Shown in pieces: positions 10,529-20,870 of a DNA stretch of 64,000 bases. The notes beneath the pieces are model-generated. The model did no database searches, was not told the origin of the DNA, and was given only the letters and a program-made list of their open reading frames with translations. The stretch comes from Pirellulaceae bacterium. GTDB taxonomy: Bacteria > Planctomycetota > Planctomycetia > Pirellulales > Pirellulaceae. Each line of letters begins with the position of its first letter. Within the stretch, counting starts at the first letter, position 1. The position numbers and the translations under genes are program-made. The stretch spans positions 32,984 through 96,983 of the forward strand of contig JAWKTR010000016.1 of the NCBI GenBank assembly GCA_041398985.1, read 5' to 3'.

Positions 10529-11131
10529 ATGGCGAAGACGCGTCCAGTTAATGTAGAGGCTTTCTTGGCCGGTTTAGATCAATGGCAATCTGAACTGACG
10601 CACTTGCGAGAGCTATTGCTAAGCACCGGCATGGAGGAAGCGATTAAATGGGGAACGCCCGTGTACAGCCACGCAGGAAAAAACGTGGTCGGCATCGCTG
10701 GATTCAAGTCGTACTTTGGTCTTTGGTTCTACCAGGGTGCACTGCTCAACGATCCACATGGATTGCTTGTCAACGCACGGGAAGGAACCACCAATGCGCA
10801 ACGACAAATCCGATTTCATTCGAGCAAACAAGTCAAAGCTCGATTGCTCCGGCGTTACGTAATAGAAGCCATGGCGCTCGTTGAAGCGGGCAAGGAAATC
10901 AAACCCAATCGGAACCAACCTTTGGAGGTGCCTTTAGAGTTAGCCGCAGCATTGAAGAAGACGCCCAAAGCTGCGAGAAATTTCGAATTGATGAGCAAAT
11001 CATGCCGTCGTGAATACGCCGAATATATTGCCTCAGCGAAAAAAGATGAAACAAAACAACGTCGCCTCGATAAAATCATGCCAATGATTGTGGCCGGAGG
11101 CGGGTTAAATGATAGGTATCGGAATTGCTAG
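10529..11131 (+). CDS. YdeI/OmpD-associated family (DUF1801) protein
   Basis: EEAIKWGTPVY, WFYQGALL, RREYAEYIASAKKDETKQRRL. Start moved to ATG 10529. Confidence 0.85.
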   Translation: MAKTRPVNVEAFLAGLDQWQSELTHLRELLLSTGMEEAIKWGTPVYSHAGKNVVGIAGFKSYFGLWFYQGALLNDPHGLLVNAREGTTNAQRQIRFHSSKQVKARLLRRYVIEAMALVEAGKEIKPNRNQPLEVPLELAAALKKTPKAARNFELMSKSCRREYAEYIASAKKDETKQRRLDKIMPMIVAGGGLNDRYRNC

Positions 11132-11158
11132 ATTGTCTGTAGATGAGACTCAAGTAAC

Positions 11159-11188
11159 AAAACTGGCGCAACTCTCGTTGCGCCAGCC
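11159..11188 (-). terminator. Intrinsic terminator of DUF1559 copy 1
   Basis: CTGGCGCAAC-gaga-GTTGCGCCAG followed by TTTT on the minus strand. Confidence 0.75.
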
Positions 11189-11246
11189 TAAGGTTTACTT
11201 CTCTGACTGACCGTTTAAATCAGCGTTGCAATGCGGTCTGCTTGAC

Positions 11247-12311
11247 TTAGAAGCCTGTATCGCCAACGACTTCGTCGTCGTTGCGTGAGCCGAGACGTTG
11301 GTAGGTCAAGTAGTCGACATTCTCGCCAATGAAGTGAACGGACCCGTCGCCCAAAACGAACTGAGCTCCACCAGTGTGGTCCGACTTAAATCCGCCGGAG
11401 GTCATCCAGTTGCGATAGTCGAAGCAATCGTTGCTGCTGTCTGGCTGGCCGCGTTTGCCGCAGGTGTTGAAGTTGATTCGACAGGTAGTCGCGGTCCATT
11501 GTCCGTTCGTACCATACCAGCCGCCACCGCCACGATGGTGGTCGTGACAGCTAGGTAGGATTTCACCGCCCAGAATGACGTTGGACGTACCATCGGTCAT
11601 GTCCGCAAAGCGAGCTGACCAATCGCAGCGGCTGATCACACCACTAATGCCTTGCGGTCTTCCGTAGGGCCCGGAGTGCCCATGGCCGTTGCCACCATTA
11701 TTGAAGATGTTACCGCCGATAATTCCTGCAGCACGTGTTTGCCAAGTGTTACTGGGATGTTCGTTACACCAACTGCCATTGGAGTTCATGTTCTGGTTAC
11801 CAATCGACAGCGAGTAGTTGTAGAGTTGGTTCTGTTGGCCCAGTCGCTTGCTTGACGTACCGTCGCTAGGACACCGGTAAACAGACAAAGGCACGGTTCG
11901 CATGTCAAGTCGACCGGCTGTATTGAAAGGTGCGGTTGCGTTGAGTTGTGCCTCCACGTCAAAGCGGAAGTCAAGCTGATTGAACAATGGCGCTTGCTCC
12001 ACATAGGGTAGCAGCTTGACCAGGACGGTGCCCTTGCGGTGATTTCCCGCTTGCCATAGGCGAGCTGCCGCACCGGCAGGTTCTTTGGGGTCATTATCAA
12101 CGGACCCATTGGGTAGACGCTTATACGCATCCACATACGTATGACAGGCCAAGCCGATCTGCTTCAAATTGTTTGAACAACTCATGCGCCGGGCGGCCTC
12201 CCGGGCCGCTTGAACCGCTGGTAGTAGCAGTCCAACGAGAATGCCAATAATGGCAATCACGACCAATAACTCGACAAGCGTAAACGCTTGCCTTACGAAT
12301 CGTTTTTTCAT
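11247..12311 (-). CDS. DUF1559 prepilin-type protein, copy 1
   Basis: [48 protein letters not shown]; C-terminal H-x9-DG motif ([16 protein letters not shown]). Confidence 0.95.
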   Translation of the reverse strand: MKKRFVRQAFTLVELLVVIAIIGILVGLLLPAVQAAREAARRMSCSNNLKQIGLACHTYVDAYKRLPNGSVDNDPKEPAGAAARLWQAGNHRKGTVLVKLLPYVEQAPLFNQLDFRFDVEAQLNATAPFNTAGRLDMRTVPLSVYRCPSDGTSSKRLGQQNQLYNYSLSIGNQNMNSNGSWCNEHPSNTWQTRAAGIIGGNIFNNGGNGHGHSGPYGRPQGISGVISRCDWSARFADMTDGTSNVILGGEILPSCHDHHRGGGGWYGTNGQWTATTCRINFNTCGKRGQPDSSNDCFDYRNWMTSGGFKSDHTGGAQFVLGDGSVHFIGENVDYLTYQRLGSRNDDEVVGDTGF

Positions 12312-12675
12312 GAAAACATCTCCGAACTAAAATGAGGAAACCCTAGGAAAGACGTGAGGTAGAAGTGAGAAATGACCCTACCAGGCGTGAAGATAACAAT
12401 GCCCCCCGGTGGATTCAAAAGCTTTTTGGTTAATTAATGTTAAGTTTTTGCGGGGTGTCCCTACCAAGATCGCTCATGTCGCCTATTCGCGTAGTACTTT
12501 GGGGCTTCTGGGACCTCAAAACTGGCTCAGACTCTGTCGGTAATCCCATGCGTCCAAGAATTTAAGCCTTGGAATGTTAACGAACGTTAATGGTGCGTTG
12601 CCGCTGAGCGGGTAGCTTTCCAGACGCGGCAGACGAGAGATGCGGGCGAGGTCTGCACGGCGGTGTTGGGAAATG

Positions 12676-12707
12676 AAAAAGGCTGCGCAACATCTGTTGC
12701 GCCAGCC
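12676..12707 (-). terminator. Intrinsic terminator of DUF1559 copy 2
   Basis: GGCTGGCGCAAC-agat-GTTGCGC(-)AGCC-TTTTT on the minus strand; same stem as copy 1. Confidence 0.7.
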
Positions 12708-12741
12708 CAAAGTAGTCTGTTGAGTTTCGAAGCTTGAAGTA

Positions 12742-13806
12742 CTAGAACCCAGTTTCACCAACGACTTCGTCATCGTTGCACGAGCCTAGCCGCTGGTAGG
12801 TCAAGTAATCCACGTTTTCGCCAATGAAGTGAACAGAGCCATCACCCAAGACGAATTGAGCACCACCAGTATGGTCCGACTTGAATCCGCCGGATGTCAT
12901 CCAGTTGCGATAGTCAAAACAATTGTTAGCGCTGTCATTGACACCTTGTTTGCCGCAGGTGTTGAAGTTGATGCGGCAGGTCGTGGCGGTCCACTGACCA
13001 TTGGTGTTGTACCAGCCGCCTCCACCACGATGATGATCGTGGCAGCTAGGTAGGATTTCACCACCAGCAATCACATTGGAAGTGCCATCGGTCATATCCG
13101 CAAAGCGAGCTGACCAGTCACAACGGCTGATCACACCGCTAATGCCTTGAGGTCTGCCGTAGGGCCCCGAGTGACCGTGTCCATTGCCACCATTGTTAAA
13201 AATGTTTCCACCCAAGATACCTGCGGCGCGCGTCGCATAGGCATTAACTGGGTGCTCGTTACACCAACTACCGTTGGAGTTCATGTTTTGGTTACCAATC
13301 GATAATGAGTAGTTGTAGAGTTGGTTTTGCTGACCGAGCCGCTTGCTCGACGTACCATCGCTGGGGCAACGATAGACCGACATGGGGACTGTTCGCATAT
13401 CAACTCTGCCTGCCGTGTTGTAGGGGCGCGACAGCGTTCAACTGGTCTTCAATGTCAAAGCGGAAGTCGAGTGAGTTGAACAGGGAGCCTGTTCAACATA
13501 GGGTAGTAGTTTGACGAGAACGGTTCCCTTTCGGTGGTTGCCGGCTTGCCATAAGCGGGCATTGGCACCGGCAGGCTCCTTGGGGTCCTGGTCAACTGAG
13601 CCATTGGGAAAACGTTTAAACGCATCTGAATAGGTGTGCGTCGCCAAACCGATTTGCTTTAAGTTGTTGGAACAACTCATGCGGCGGGCGGCTTCGCGGG
13701 CTGCTTGGACGGCTGGCAGCAGCAGCCCGACCAGGATGCCGATGATGGCAATCACCACCAGCAATTCGACAAGCGTAAAGGCCTGTCTTGGGGGATGTAC
13801 TCGCAT
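12742..13806 (-). CDS. DUF1559 prepilin-type protein, copy 2 (indels in C-runs at about 13430-13490)
   Basis: ORFs 13438-13806 and 12742-13398 are collinear with copy 1 and span the same 1065 bp. Confidence 0.9.
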
Positions 13807-14146
13807 TGGGATTCTCCCGTTTAAAAAGAAATGAATGGCATTGGGTGTGTGGACTCCACGCCGAGATTCAGGAGAAATTAAATGCTTCTAGACGAATACG
13901 CAAAGGGTTTAGCGTTACAAATGTGACGGCAAACGCCGGCTTCGGTGCTCTAGATCATTATCTTTTGCAGTGACTTTTCTGTTGAGATTGCCTGATTCGC
14001 TAATCTTGCACGCGAACGTGGTCGATATTCAGCCGTCTTGATACGCAGAACGGTCTTCCGCAAGTGGATAATGGCAAAAGATGGCGAATACGCAAGCATG
14101 TGTATCTCGGTTTGTTTATTACGCAAGTAGCGCACTTAGGCAAACG

Positions 14147-14180
14147 AAAAAAGGCTGGCACAACACACGTTGCACCAGCC
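14147..14180 (-). terminator. Intrinsic terminator of DUF1559 copy 3
   Basis: GGCTGGTGCAAC-gtgt-GTTGTGCCAGCC-TTTTTT on the minus strand. Confidence 0.75.
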
Positions 14181-14227
14181 TGAGGTTTAGAGGTTTGTCA
14201 GCTGTTCTTGGCAGCTAGGCTACGGCC

Positions 14228-15284
14228 TTAGAAGCCTGTGTCACCAACGACTTCATCGTCGTTGCGAGAGCCTAGTCGCTGGTACGTCAGGTAATCGACA
14301 TTTTCACCGATGAAGTGAACGGAACCATCGCCTAAGACGAACTGGCTCCGCCGGTGTGGTCCGACTTGAAGCCGCCGGAGGTCATCCAGTTCCGAAAATC
14401 AAAGCAATCGTTGGCGTTGTCTGGCTGGCCGCGTTTGCCGCAGGTGTTGAAGTTAATGCGGCAGGTAGTAGCCGTCCACTGGCCGTTGCAGGCATACCAG
14501 CCACCACCACCGCGATGGTGGTCATGGCAACTTGGTAGGATCTCACCACCGAGGATTACATTGGAGGTACCATCGGTCATGTCGGCAAAGCGAGCTGACC
14601 AATCGCAGCGGCTGATTACACCGCTGATGCCTTGCGGCCTTCCGTAAGGGCCTGAGTGGCCGTGGCCATTGTTGCCATTGTTAAAGATGTTACCACCTAG
14701 GATCCCGGCAGCCCGGGTTTGCCAAGAGTTGCTGGGGTGCTCAGCACACCAGCCACCGTTAGAATTCATATTCTGATTACCAATCGACAACGAGTAGTTG
14801 TAGAGTTGGTTTTGGTTGCCCAGTCGCTTGCTGGAGGTACCGTCGCTTGGGCAGCGATAGACGGACATGGGTACCCTGCATGTCAAGTCGACCAGCAGTG
14901 TTGAATGGAGCCACGGCGTTGAGCTGATTCTCCACGTCAAAGCGGAAATCAGTTGATTGAACAATGGGGCTTGTTCAACGTAAGGCAGCAGCTTTACTAG
15001 TACGGTCCCCTTGCGGTGATTGCCTGCTTGCCAGAGCCGTGATGGGGCGATTTCCTTGGGGTCGTTATCGACGGTGCCGTTTGGCAATCGCTTGTAGGCG
15101 TCAACGTACGTATGACAGGCCAAGCCGATCTGTTTCAAGTTGTTTGAACAACTCATGCGCCGGGCCGCTTCCCGTGCTGCTTGTACTGCCGGTAATAGCA
15201 GTCCAACTAGGATGCCGATGATAGCGATTACCACCAGCAGTTCGACAAGCGTGAATGCCTGTCTGTCAAATCTTTTTGACTCAT
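14228..15284 (-). CDS. DUF1559 prepilin-type protein, copy 3 (several indels)
   Basis: Likely start ATG at 15284 after GGAG ([16 protein letters not shown] with one A restored). Compensating shifts near 14880-14950 and a shift near 14335; the 3' end to TAA at 14228 matches copy 1. Confidence 0.88.
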
Positions 15285-15665
15285 TGGGCTCTCCAGGACT
15301 AGAAAATAAATATAAAGTCACCTAACGAATTGGCAACATTACGGAAGTGTAGTAAATCGGCTATCGGGAAGCAATTACTCTGTAAAATATTTTTAGGGTG
15401 TGTTTTGTCGCATTATGGCCGTTTCTAGACCCTTGAAATGCTGTTTTTGCAAACAAAACAGTTGTGGAATGGCAGGTAGTCCGCCTGTAGGGCATTGAAA
15501 ATGCTTTTTGGAATCGTCGCGCGTTTGTCAAGAGTGGCCAGTTGTCGCACTTGCGCGCACGAACGGCAGTCCTTAAATTCGCCAGAGCAAGCGAGGAAAC
15601 TCTCTGAACCGAGTTCTTTGTGAGCTAGTCGCCGCAGGGTGCGTCAGCGCATGCACAAGGCTTGT

Positions 15666-15810
15666 TTGACAAGGTCGGGAGTCTTTTCAGCCCGAAATTA
15701 CTTAACCATTAGCAACGATGTTTTCCTGCCCGTGGTATCACATCGGAGGCGGGGCGCCGCTGAAAGGCTCCGGACCCCTTTCCTGTCCGACGGACCCCTT
15801 TCCTGTCCGA
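15666..15810 (+). mobile_element. MITE-like element copy A (degenerate)
   Basis: AAGGTCGGGAGTCTTTTCAGC..GCTGAAAGGCTCCGGACCCCT; ends in a 20-bp tandem duplication CGGACCCCTTTCCTGTCCGA x2 (15771-15810). Confidence 0.65.
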
Positions 15811-15977
15811 TCACGTTTGTGAAGTGCAAGCAACTTCTAATTTGTTGCGTCACTTGACTTGTTGCGGTAACCTGAAGACACAACGCATGTGCGGAACCCT
15901 GAGGCAAGAGAGCAATCTCTGGTTCCCGCTGGTGGTATTTCTTATCCGGAACAGACCATTTCACAGGAGGGCTCGCC

Positions 15978-17492
15978 ATGCGCGTTCCTAGGCTCCATTG
16001 CGCATTGATGGCCATTGCCGTTATTGCGATTATTACTGCGATCGGATTTCCTGGGCTGAATATCACCCAGGCCCAAGACTCCGGAACATCGCCAACTTTG
16101 CCAGACGCAAATGCGTTCGGCGATCGCGGACTGGATACGCCCGCTGTGTTGCCGGGCGGAGCGGCCATGGCTGACTTTGGTACATTGATCGATTTGATTC
16201 AAAACACAACGGATGTCGATACTTGGGTACTCAACGGGGGCAACAGCGACATTCGACCTTATCCAGCGGGTGTCTATGTTGACCCGACCGGCCAGTTGCG
16301 TCGTGTGCAAACCGTGTCGAATCGTGAACTACGGCCAACGCTGGCTCGCGCCGCCGCAGCTCATCTAGCGCATCCCTGGCGAAGGCCGTCGCCGATGCGC
16401 ACAGTGTCACTCAAGGCACTGAGCGAGTCCATCATGGCAGCTCAGCGTAGCGGACGCAGGCAGAATTTAGAGCTTTCGCGTTTGGCGGGTTTGTCCCGGG
16501 TTGAATTGGTGCAGATCGATGTCGAGCACGAGGATGTACTGATTGCTGGGCCAGCAAACCAAACCGCCTTCGGATTTCGGTTGGAAGACGTGGCTGTGGT
16601 TGCTAGCCTGATCAATCATCAGACGCCCCCATTCGGATGCTCGATCGAACCTGAAGATGCGGGGCTGGAAGCCGCCAGTCGCATGCTTCAACGCTCGGGG
16701 ACGTTGGAGCGATTAGCGAAATCACCTGAGGCGGTGTGCGATGAGTTGCAAGCTGCGATTGGTCCTCACCAAATTCATGTGTTTGGTATGAACGCGCGTT
16801 CTGCCACCGCCATTGCGTTGATCGACGCTGATGAACACATGAAACGCGTTGGCTTTGGCACAACTGCCACACGGCCAAGAATCAAGAGTTACTTCGACTT
16901 CCTCGATCAGCAGGCGACCATTCCCGAGCAAAGCCTGGTACGCTGGTGGTTTGCCTATGCGGATGAGCCGATCCAGTCGAACGAACAACGCAATGTGTTT
17001 CGGCTTCCCGACAATTGCATCCAAGTGCTGAGTGAACAGCAGTGGGTTACAGGCCAAGGGCGTGCGCCGACGGGTAAGAGCGATCCGGCTGCCGACGCTT
17101 TTGCAGCCGAGATGAGCCAGCATTTGCCCGAGCTGCGAGAAAGTCACGAATCGTATGCTCGCCAAAGCAGTGTGTTTGAGACGGCATTGGCGCTACAGTT
17201 GGTCTTGGAGGCGACCGGTCAGCCGTCGCTCGAGGCCTGGTTTCCCGCATTGTGTGCATTCGGGAGGAGCCAAAACACGCGGACGGCGGAGCCCAAGCGC
17301 GTGGGTGGCTTGACCACTTGGCATCGTACTCCCAAGGGGACAATCGTAGCCGTCGTCAGCGGCGGAGTTAAAGTAGATGCGGCCAGCCAAGCTTCAGATA
17401 GCGCCTGGCAAGTCTCAGCCGCGCTCGAGCCAGGTCGCAATCAAGCTCCGCTGCAGCCTAGTTCGGTTCACGCCCAGTGGTGGTGGGATTGA
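15978..17492 (+). CDS. DUF1598-like secreted protein
   Basis: Signal/TM anchor; LAGLSRVELVQIDVEHEDVLIAGPA, FGCSIEP, ADEHMKRVG, RWWF motifs. Confidence 0.75.
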   Translation: MRVPRLHCALMAIAVIAIITAIGFPGLNITQAQDSGTSPTLPDANAFGDRGLDTPAVLPGGAAMADFGTLIDLIQNTTDVDTWVLNGGNSDIRPYPAGVYVDPTGQLRRVQTVSNRELRPTLARAAAAHLAHPWRRPSPMRTVSLKALSESIMAAQRSGRRQNLELSRLAGLSRVELVQIDVEHEDVLIAGPANQTAFGFRLEDVAVVASLINHQTPPFGCSIEPEDAGLEAASRMLQRSGTLERLAKSPEAVCDELQAAIGPHQIHVFGMNARSATAIALIDADEHMKRVGFGTTATRPRIKSYFDFLDQQATIPEQSLVRWWFAYADEPIQSNEQRNVFRLPDNCIQVLSEQQWVTGQGRAPTGKSDPAADAFAAEMSQHLPELRESHESYARQSSVFETALALQLVLEATGQPSLEAWFPALCAFGRSQNTRTAEPKRVGGLTTWHRTPKGTIVAVVSGGVKVDAASQASDSAWQVSAALEPGRNQAPLQPSSVHAQWWWD

Positions 17493-17652
17493 GTCGACGG
17501 GAAAGGATCGGAGGGGCGGGAGTCTTTTCAGCAGCGCCCGCCACCGTTGAGATGCCGCGGGTAGGAACATGCGGTTGCTAATGGGTTAAGCGATTTAGCA
17601 GCTGAAAAGACTCCGGCCCTGTCACAGAAACCAACACATCGTGGACGTTTGC
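17490..17652 (-). mobile_element. MITE-like element copy B
   Basis: Inner inverted repeats at 17512-17532 and 17601-17620; internal sequence matches copies C and D. Confidence 0.75.
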
Positions 17653-17666
17653 CTTTTCTCAGAATG

Positions 17667-17746
17667 GCGGACGGCACACGGAGTGTGCCTGCTACTTTTT
17701 AACAACTTTTCAGGATGGCGGACGGTACACAGAGTGTGCCTGCTAC
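17667..17746 (-). repeat. Two GTAG-type REPs (GTAGCAGGCACACTCCGTGTGCCGTCCGC family)
   Basis: Copies at 17667-17695 and 17718-17746; GTAG followed by a GGCACAC/GTGTGCC palindrome. Confidence 0.85.
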
Positions 17747-18960
17747 TTTTGCACAGCACTTGATGAATAGCTCGCAAATCGTCCGGAAGGATCGATGGCT
17801 CGTTGAATGCGTTCCGCGGTCGGGCACCAAGTGCGATTGCCAAGGAAGATTGTTGGCGCATCTTCTGCGAATTTCATGATGGTTTTCGCGCCACCATCGG
17901 CGATCACGACTGCTGACAGGCCAAGTGCCTGCAGTAGGAGGTCTAAGTCTTGTAGCCGAGCTGCCGGGACCTCAAGCCACGCGACCGCGGCCGCGTTTGA
18001 GAACCGCAATCGAGTATTCCAGTGGGCCAGCGCCTCGGCGAGCGCTGACGCTTGGTTGGGATTAGTTGCGATGCGTACTAAGCAATTCTCCTCTGGCAGG
18101 TCCACTTCGGGGTCGCGCCACAGGGATTGGCTTGGAGTCGGCAAACTGCGTTGCAACTCACTCGGAGGATTTTTGTCGCCATCGATGGCAAGCAGAGGAC
18201 GCGTGATTCGCGCTGCAGCGGCTTGTACAATTTGCCTCGCCCGCTCCAGGACGCGTGGCATGGAACCTACCGGACCTGCAAAGCGAACGAGCATTGCATA
18301 GACCGGCTGGTTGTCAGGGACGCTGGCGAATTCAATCGCGGCGATGGGCAACGGTTGAGCTTGCAACGCAGTAGCTACCGTCAAGCAGTCGATGATGGTC
18401 ATGCGGTTGTCATCGCCACCGATCCACATACTTGCGCTGCTGGCTGGCTGGGGGAAGACTTTAATGGTTACTTCGGTCAGAATCCCCAAGCGACCGTAGC
18501 TACCGACGACCAGTTTGGGTAGATCGAAACCTGCCGCGTTCTTTACGACTTTGCCTCCCCCGCGCACGAGGTTGCCGAGTCCGTCAATCATTTCGACTTC
18601 CATGACAAAATCGCGCAAGCCGCCGTAGAGTAAACGATTGGGGCCACTAATGCCGGCTGCCACGCAACCACCTAGCGTTGAGCCTCCTGCCACGAAAAGT
18701 GGGTCGAACGGCAAGTACTGCGAATACTCTGCGAGTGCGCTGACTAGATCGCGCAGCGGAGTGCCAGCCTTGGCTGTGATCAGGAATTCGCTGGGGTCAT
18801 ACGTCACCACACCTGTGTGAAAACGCATGTCAATTGAATTAGCAGCGTGTGCGAGCGCCAAAGGTCGCTTGGTCAAGCTGCCGTGCGGTAGGCATTTCGA
18901 AGTTGCGGATGCAACGCGTTGGCATAATTGTTCAACTTCGCTCATAGCGGTCGTCGTCAT
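17743..18960 (-). CDS. glcE: FAD-binding oxidoreductase, glycolate oxidase GlcE-like
   Basis: YDPSEFLITAKAGTPL, STLGGCVAAGISGP, RGGGKVVKNAAGFDLPKL..GSYGRLG. Confidence 0.8.
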   Translation of the reverse strand: MTTTAMSEVEQLCQRVASATSKCLPHGSLTKRPLALAHAANSIDMRFHTGVVTYDPSEFLITAKAGTPLRDLVSALAEYSQYLPFDPLFVAGGSTLGGCVAAGISGPNRLLYGGLRDFVMEVEMIDGLGNLVRGGGKVVKNAAGFDLPKLVVGSYGRLGILTEVTIKVFPQPASSASMWIGGDDNRMTIIDCLTVATALQAQPLPIAAIEFASVPDNQPVYAMLVRFAGPVGSMPRVLERARQIVQAAAARITRPLLAIDGDKNPPSELQRSLPTPSQSLWRDPEVDLPEENCLVRIATNPNQASALAEALAHWNTRLRFSNAAAVAWLEVPAARLQDLDLLLQALGLSAVVIADGGAKTIMKFAEDAPTIFLGNRTWCPTAERIQRAIDPSGRFASYSSSAVQK

Positions 18961-19021
18961 TCCGATTTCTTTGGCATGCGCCCGCTTGTCGGACCCTGGG
19001 AGAAGATTCTAGAGTCAGCCA

Positions 19022-19759
19022 CTAGAACCGCGAGCGGGGCGCACTGGTTTTGGCCTTAGCATCTGAGGCGGCAGCCGTTTGAGCTTCATCCGCGCGGCGT
19101 GCGACAACTTGTTGGTAGCGAGCTATCATCTGAGGCGTCATGGCTTGTAGAGCCATCCGATAGTAGACCCGTGCGCTTTCGATACGGCCTAAGTCTTCGG
19201 CCTGCTTGGCACGTTCCAAATAGTAGCGAATGTCGCTTTCCTCGTCCGTCGATGGGCGTTGTGATTCCCGTACGCCGCCGGCAGCCCGCTGCCAACCGCC
19301 AGGTTGTTGGACAGGACGTGGCACTTGGATTCGCGAGGTGCTGTTGAAGAATTGGTGAGCCGGATCGCCGGCGAGTTTGGCTGATGGGCGGCTGCCATTG
19401 ACGGTTGCGCCGATCGGATTCGCAGGTTGGATTCCCGACGTAGACGGAGCGGAGTTGTTCGAAAGGTCTTGGCCGAGGATTGCTTCGTCGAGTGCCTGGA
19501 GGTCAATGATTTGGGCGGAGAGGCTGATCGAACCGCCACCTGCCCTGCTTCCGCCAGTGCGGCTGCTATACGGCCCCCAGCCCCGCGATGTGGAACTACT
19601 GGCTCCGGAGCCAAGGCCGCCAAGTGACATTGTGCCTCCATCCGGCACCGACACGCTGGTCGAAATGCTGAAGTTGTGATAGCTGGGCAGTTGTACAACT
19701 TGCGCGTGGACACCCGTGCAGGCGCTGAAGATAGCTGCGGCAAGGAAAAAACGCGTCAT
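19022..19759 (-). CDS. Secreted hypothetical protein with a secretin-like C-terminal-type motif at its N-terminus
   Basis: Signal peptide, VVQLPSYHNFSISTSVSVPDGGTMSLGG, low-complexity linker, one TPR-like helix pair. Confidence 0.65.
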   Translation of the reverse strand: MTRFFLAAAIFSACTGVHAQVVQLPSYHNFSISTSVSVPDGGTMSLGGLGSGASSSTSRGWGPYSSRTGGSRAGGGSISLSAQIIDLQALDEAILGQDLSNNSAPSTSGIQPANPIGATVNGSRPSAKLAGDPAHQFFNSTSRIQVPRPVQQPGGWQRAAGGVRESQRPSTDEESDIRYYLERAKQAEDLGRIESARVYYRMALQAMTPQMIARYQQVVARRADEAQTAAASDAKAKTSAPRSRF

Positions 19760-19901
19760 GGCTAATGCCTTTCGAAAGTTCAGTTTTGAATGCCAGGCAA
19801 CATCCTTAATTCGCCCCTAGTTGCCCTAGCTAACGCTGGGGCCAGATTTAATTTGAGGATAGCTGGAGTCGCTAGACTTCAGGAACTAGTTCAAAAGAAC
19901 C

Positions 19902-19923
19902 GAACTCTGGCGAGTCCGGCTAC
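19902..19923 (-). repeat. GTAG-type REP
   Basis: Minus strand GTAGCCGGACTC-GCCA-GAGTTC; same GCCA loop as the 36.5-kb repeats. Confidence 0.55.
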
Positions 19924-20132
19924 GAAGTCCAATTATGCTATATTTTTGCGAAATTGCACATCGCGGGCACAAATCGAGCTTGAAACGGGTTGGCCTTGCG
20001 CAACAATTGTCTCTACTTAACCCACCGGATCGACGACTGCCAGCTATCGTAGCAGCGGAATCACAGTTCGATCGCACACGAGAGCAAACAGCACTTGCAT
20101 TGCTCGACAACAATGTTTTTGAAGGAAAACTC

Positions 20133-20825
20133 ATGCGTTCGAATTTACTCGCTGTTCTTTGGCACTTACTGCTTGTGCAGCCATTACTTGGGCTCAAGAG
20201 CCGATCAAAGTCATTCAGCCAGGGGCGGCCAAAGTCGCCGATCCAGCCAGTTATGGGATTGGCTACGACATCGGCATGCAAATATCCCAGGGCGGACTGA
20301 AGGCGGAAGATCTGAGCAAGAATGACCTGCTTGCAGGGCTCATTGACGCACTCTCTGGAAAGGACCCCGCTGTCCGGGGGCGGAAGTGGAAGCTGCCATG
20401 AAAGTACTGGGCGAAAAGGTCATGGCTCGCGCGAAAGCCGCAGCCGCACAATTGGTCAAGTCCAATGCCTACTTGGAGCAGAACAAGAAGCAGATGGCGT
20501 CCAAACAACGAGACACGGGGTTGCAGTATAAGGTCGTCAAGAGTGGGAACGGAAGCTGCCCAGCAATGCCGATACCGTTAATCCATTATGAAGGCAAGCT
20601 GATCGATGGGACCATTTTTGACAGCTCCATCAAGCGTGGTGAGCCAGCCGTATTTGGTGTTGGCCAAGTAATTCCAGGTTGGACCGAGGCGGCGCGTGCA
20701 TGAAAGTTGGCGATAAATGGCAGCTGTTTATTCCTTAAACTTGACACGGCGAGGCTGGTTCGCGCGTGCCATTGGACCAAACGAAGCGTATCTTCGAAGT
20801 CGAATTACTCGAAATCAAGAAGTAG
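20133..20825 (+). CDS. FKBP-type peptidyl-prolyl isomerase (FkpA/Mip-like), multiple indels
   Basis: Fragments across frames: [59 protein letters not shown]-stop. Confidence 0.85.
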
Positions 20826-20870
20826 GCAACCCATCCCCTCTGCAACCACGCGTTGCTGTGTTGAGCTTGC

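Noticed and set aside
11247-15284. Diversity-generating retroelement
   Set aside because: No reverse transcriptase in the window; differences look mostly synonymous across full-length genes rather than adenine-specific in a short region.
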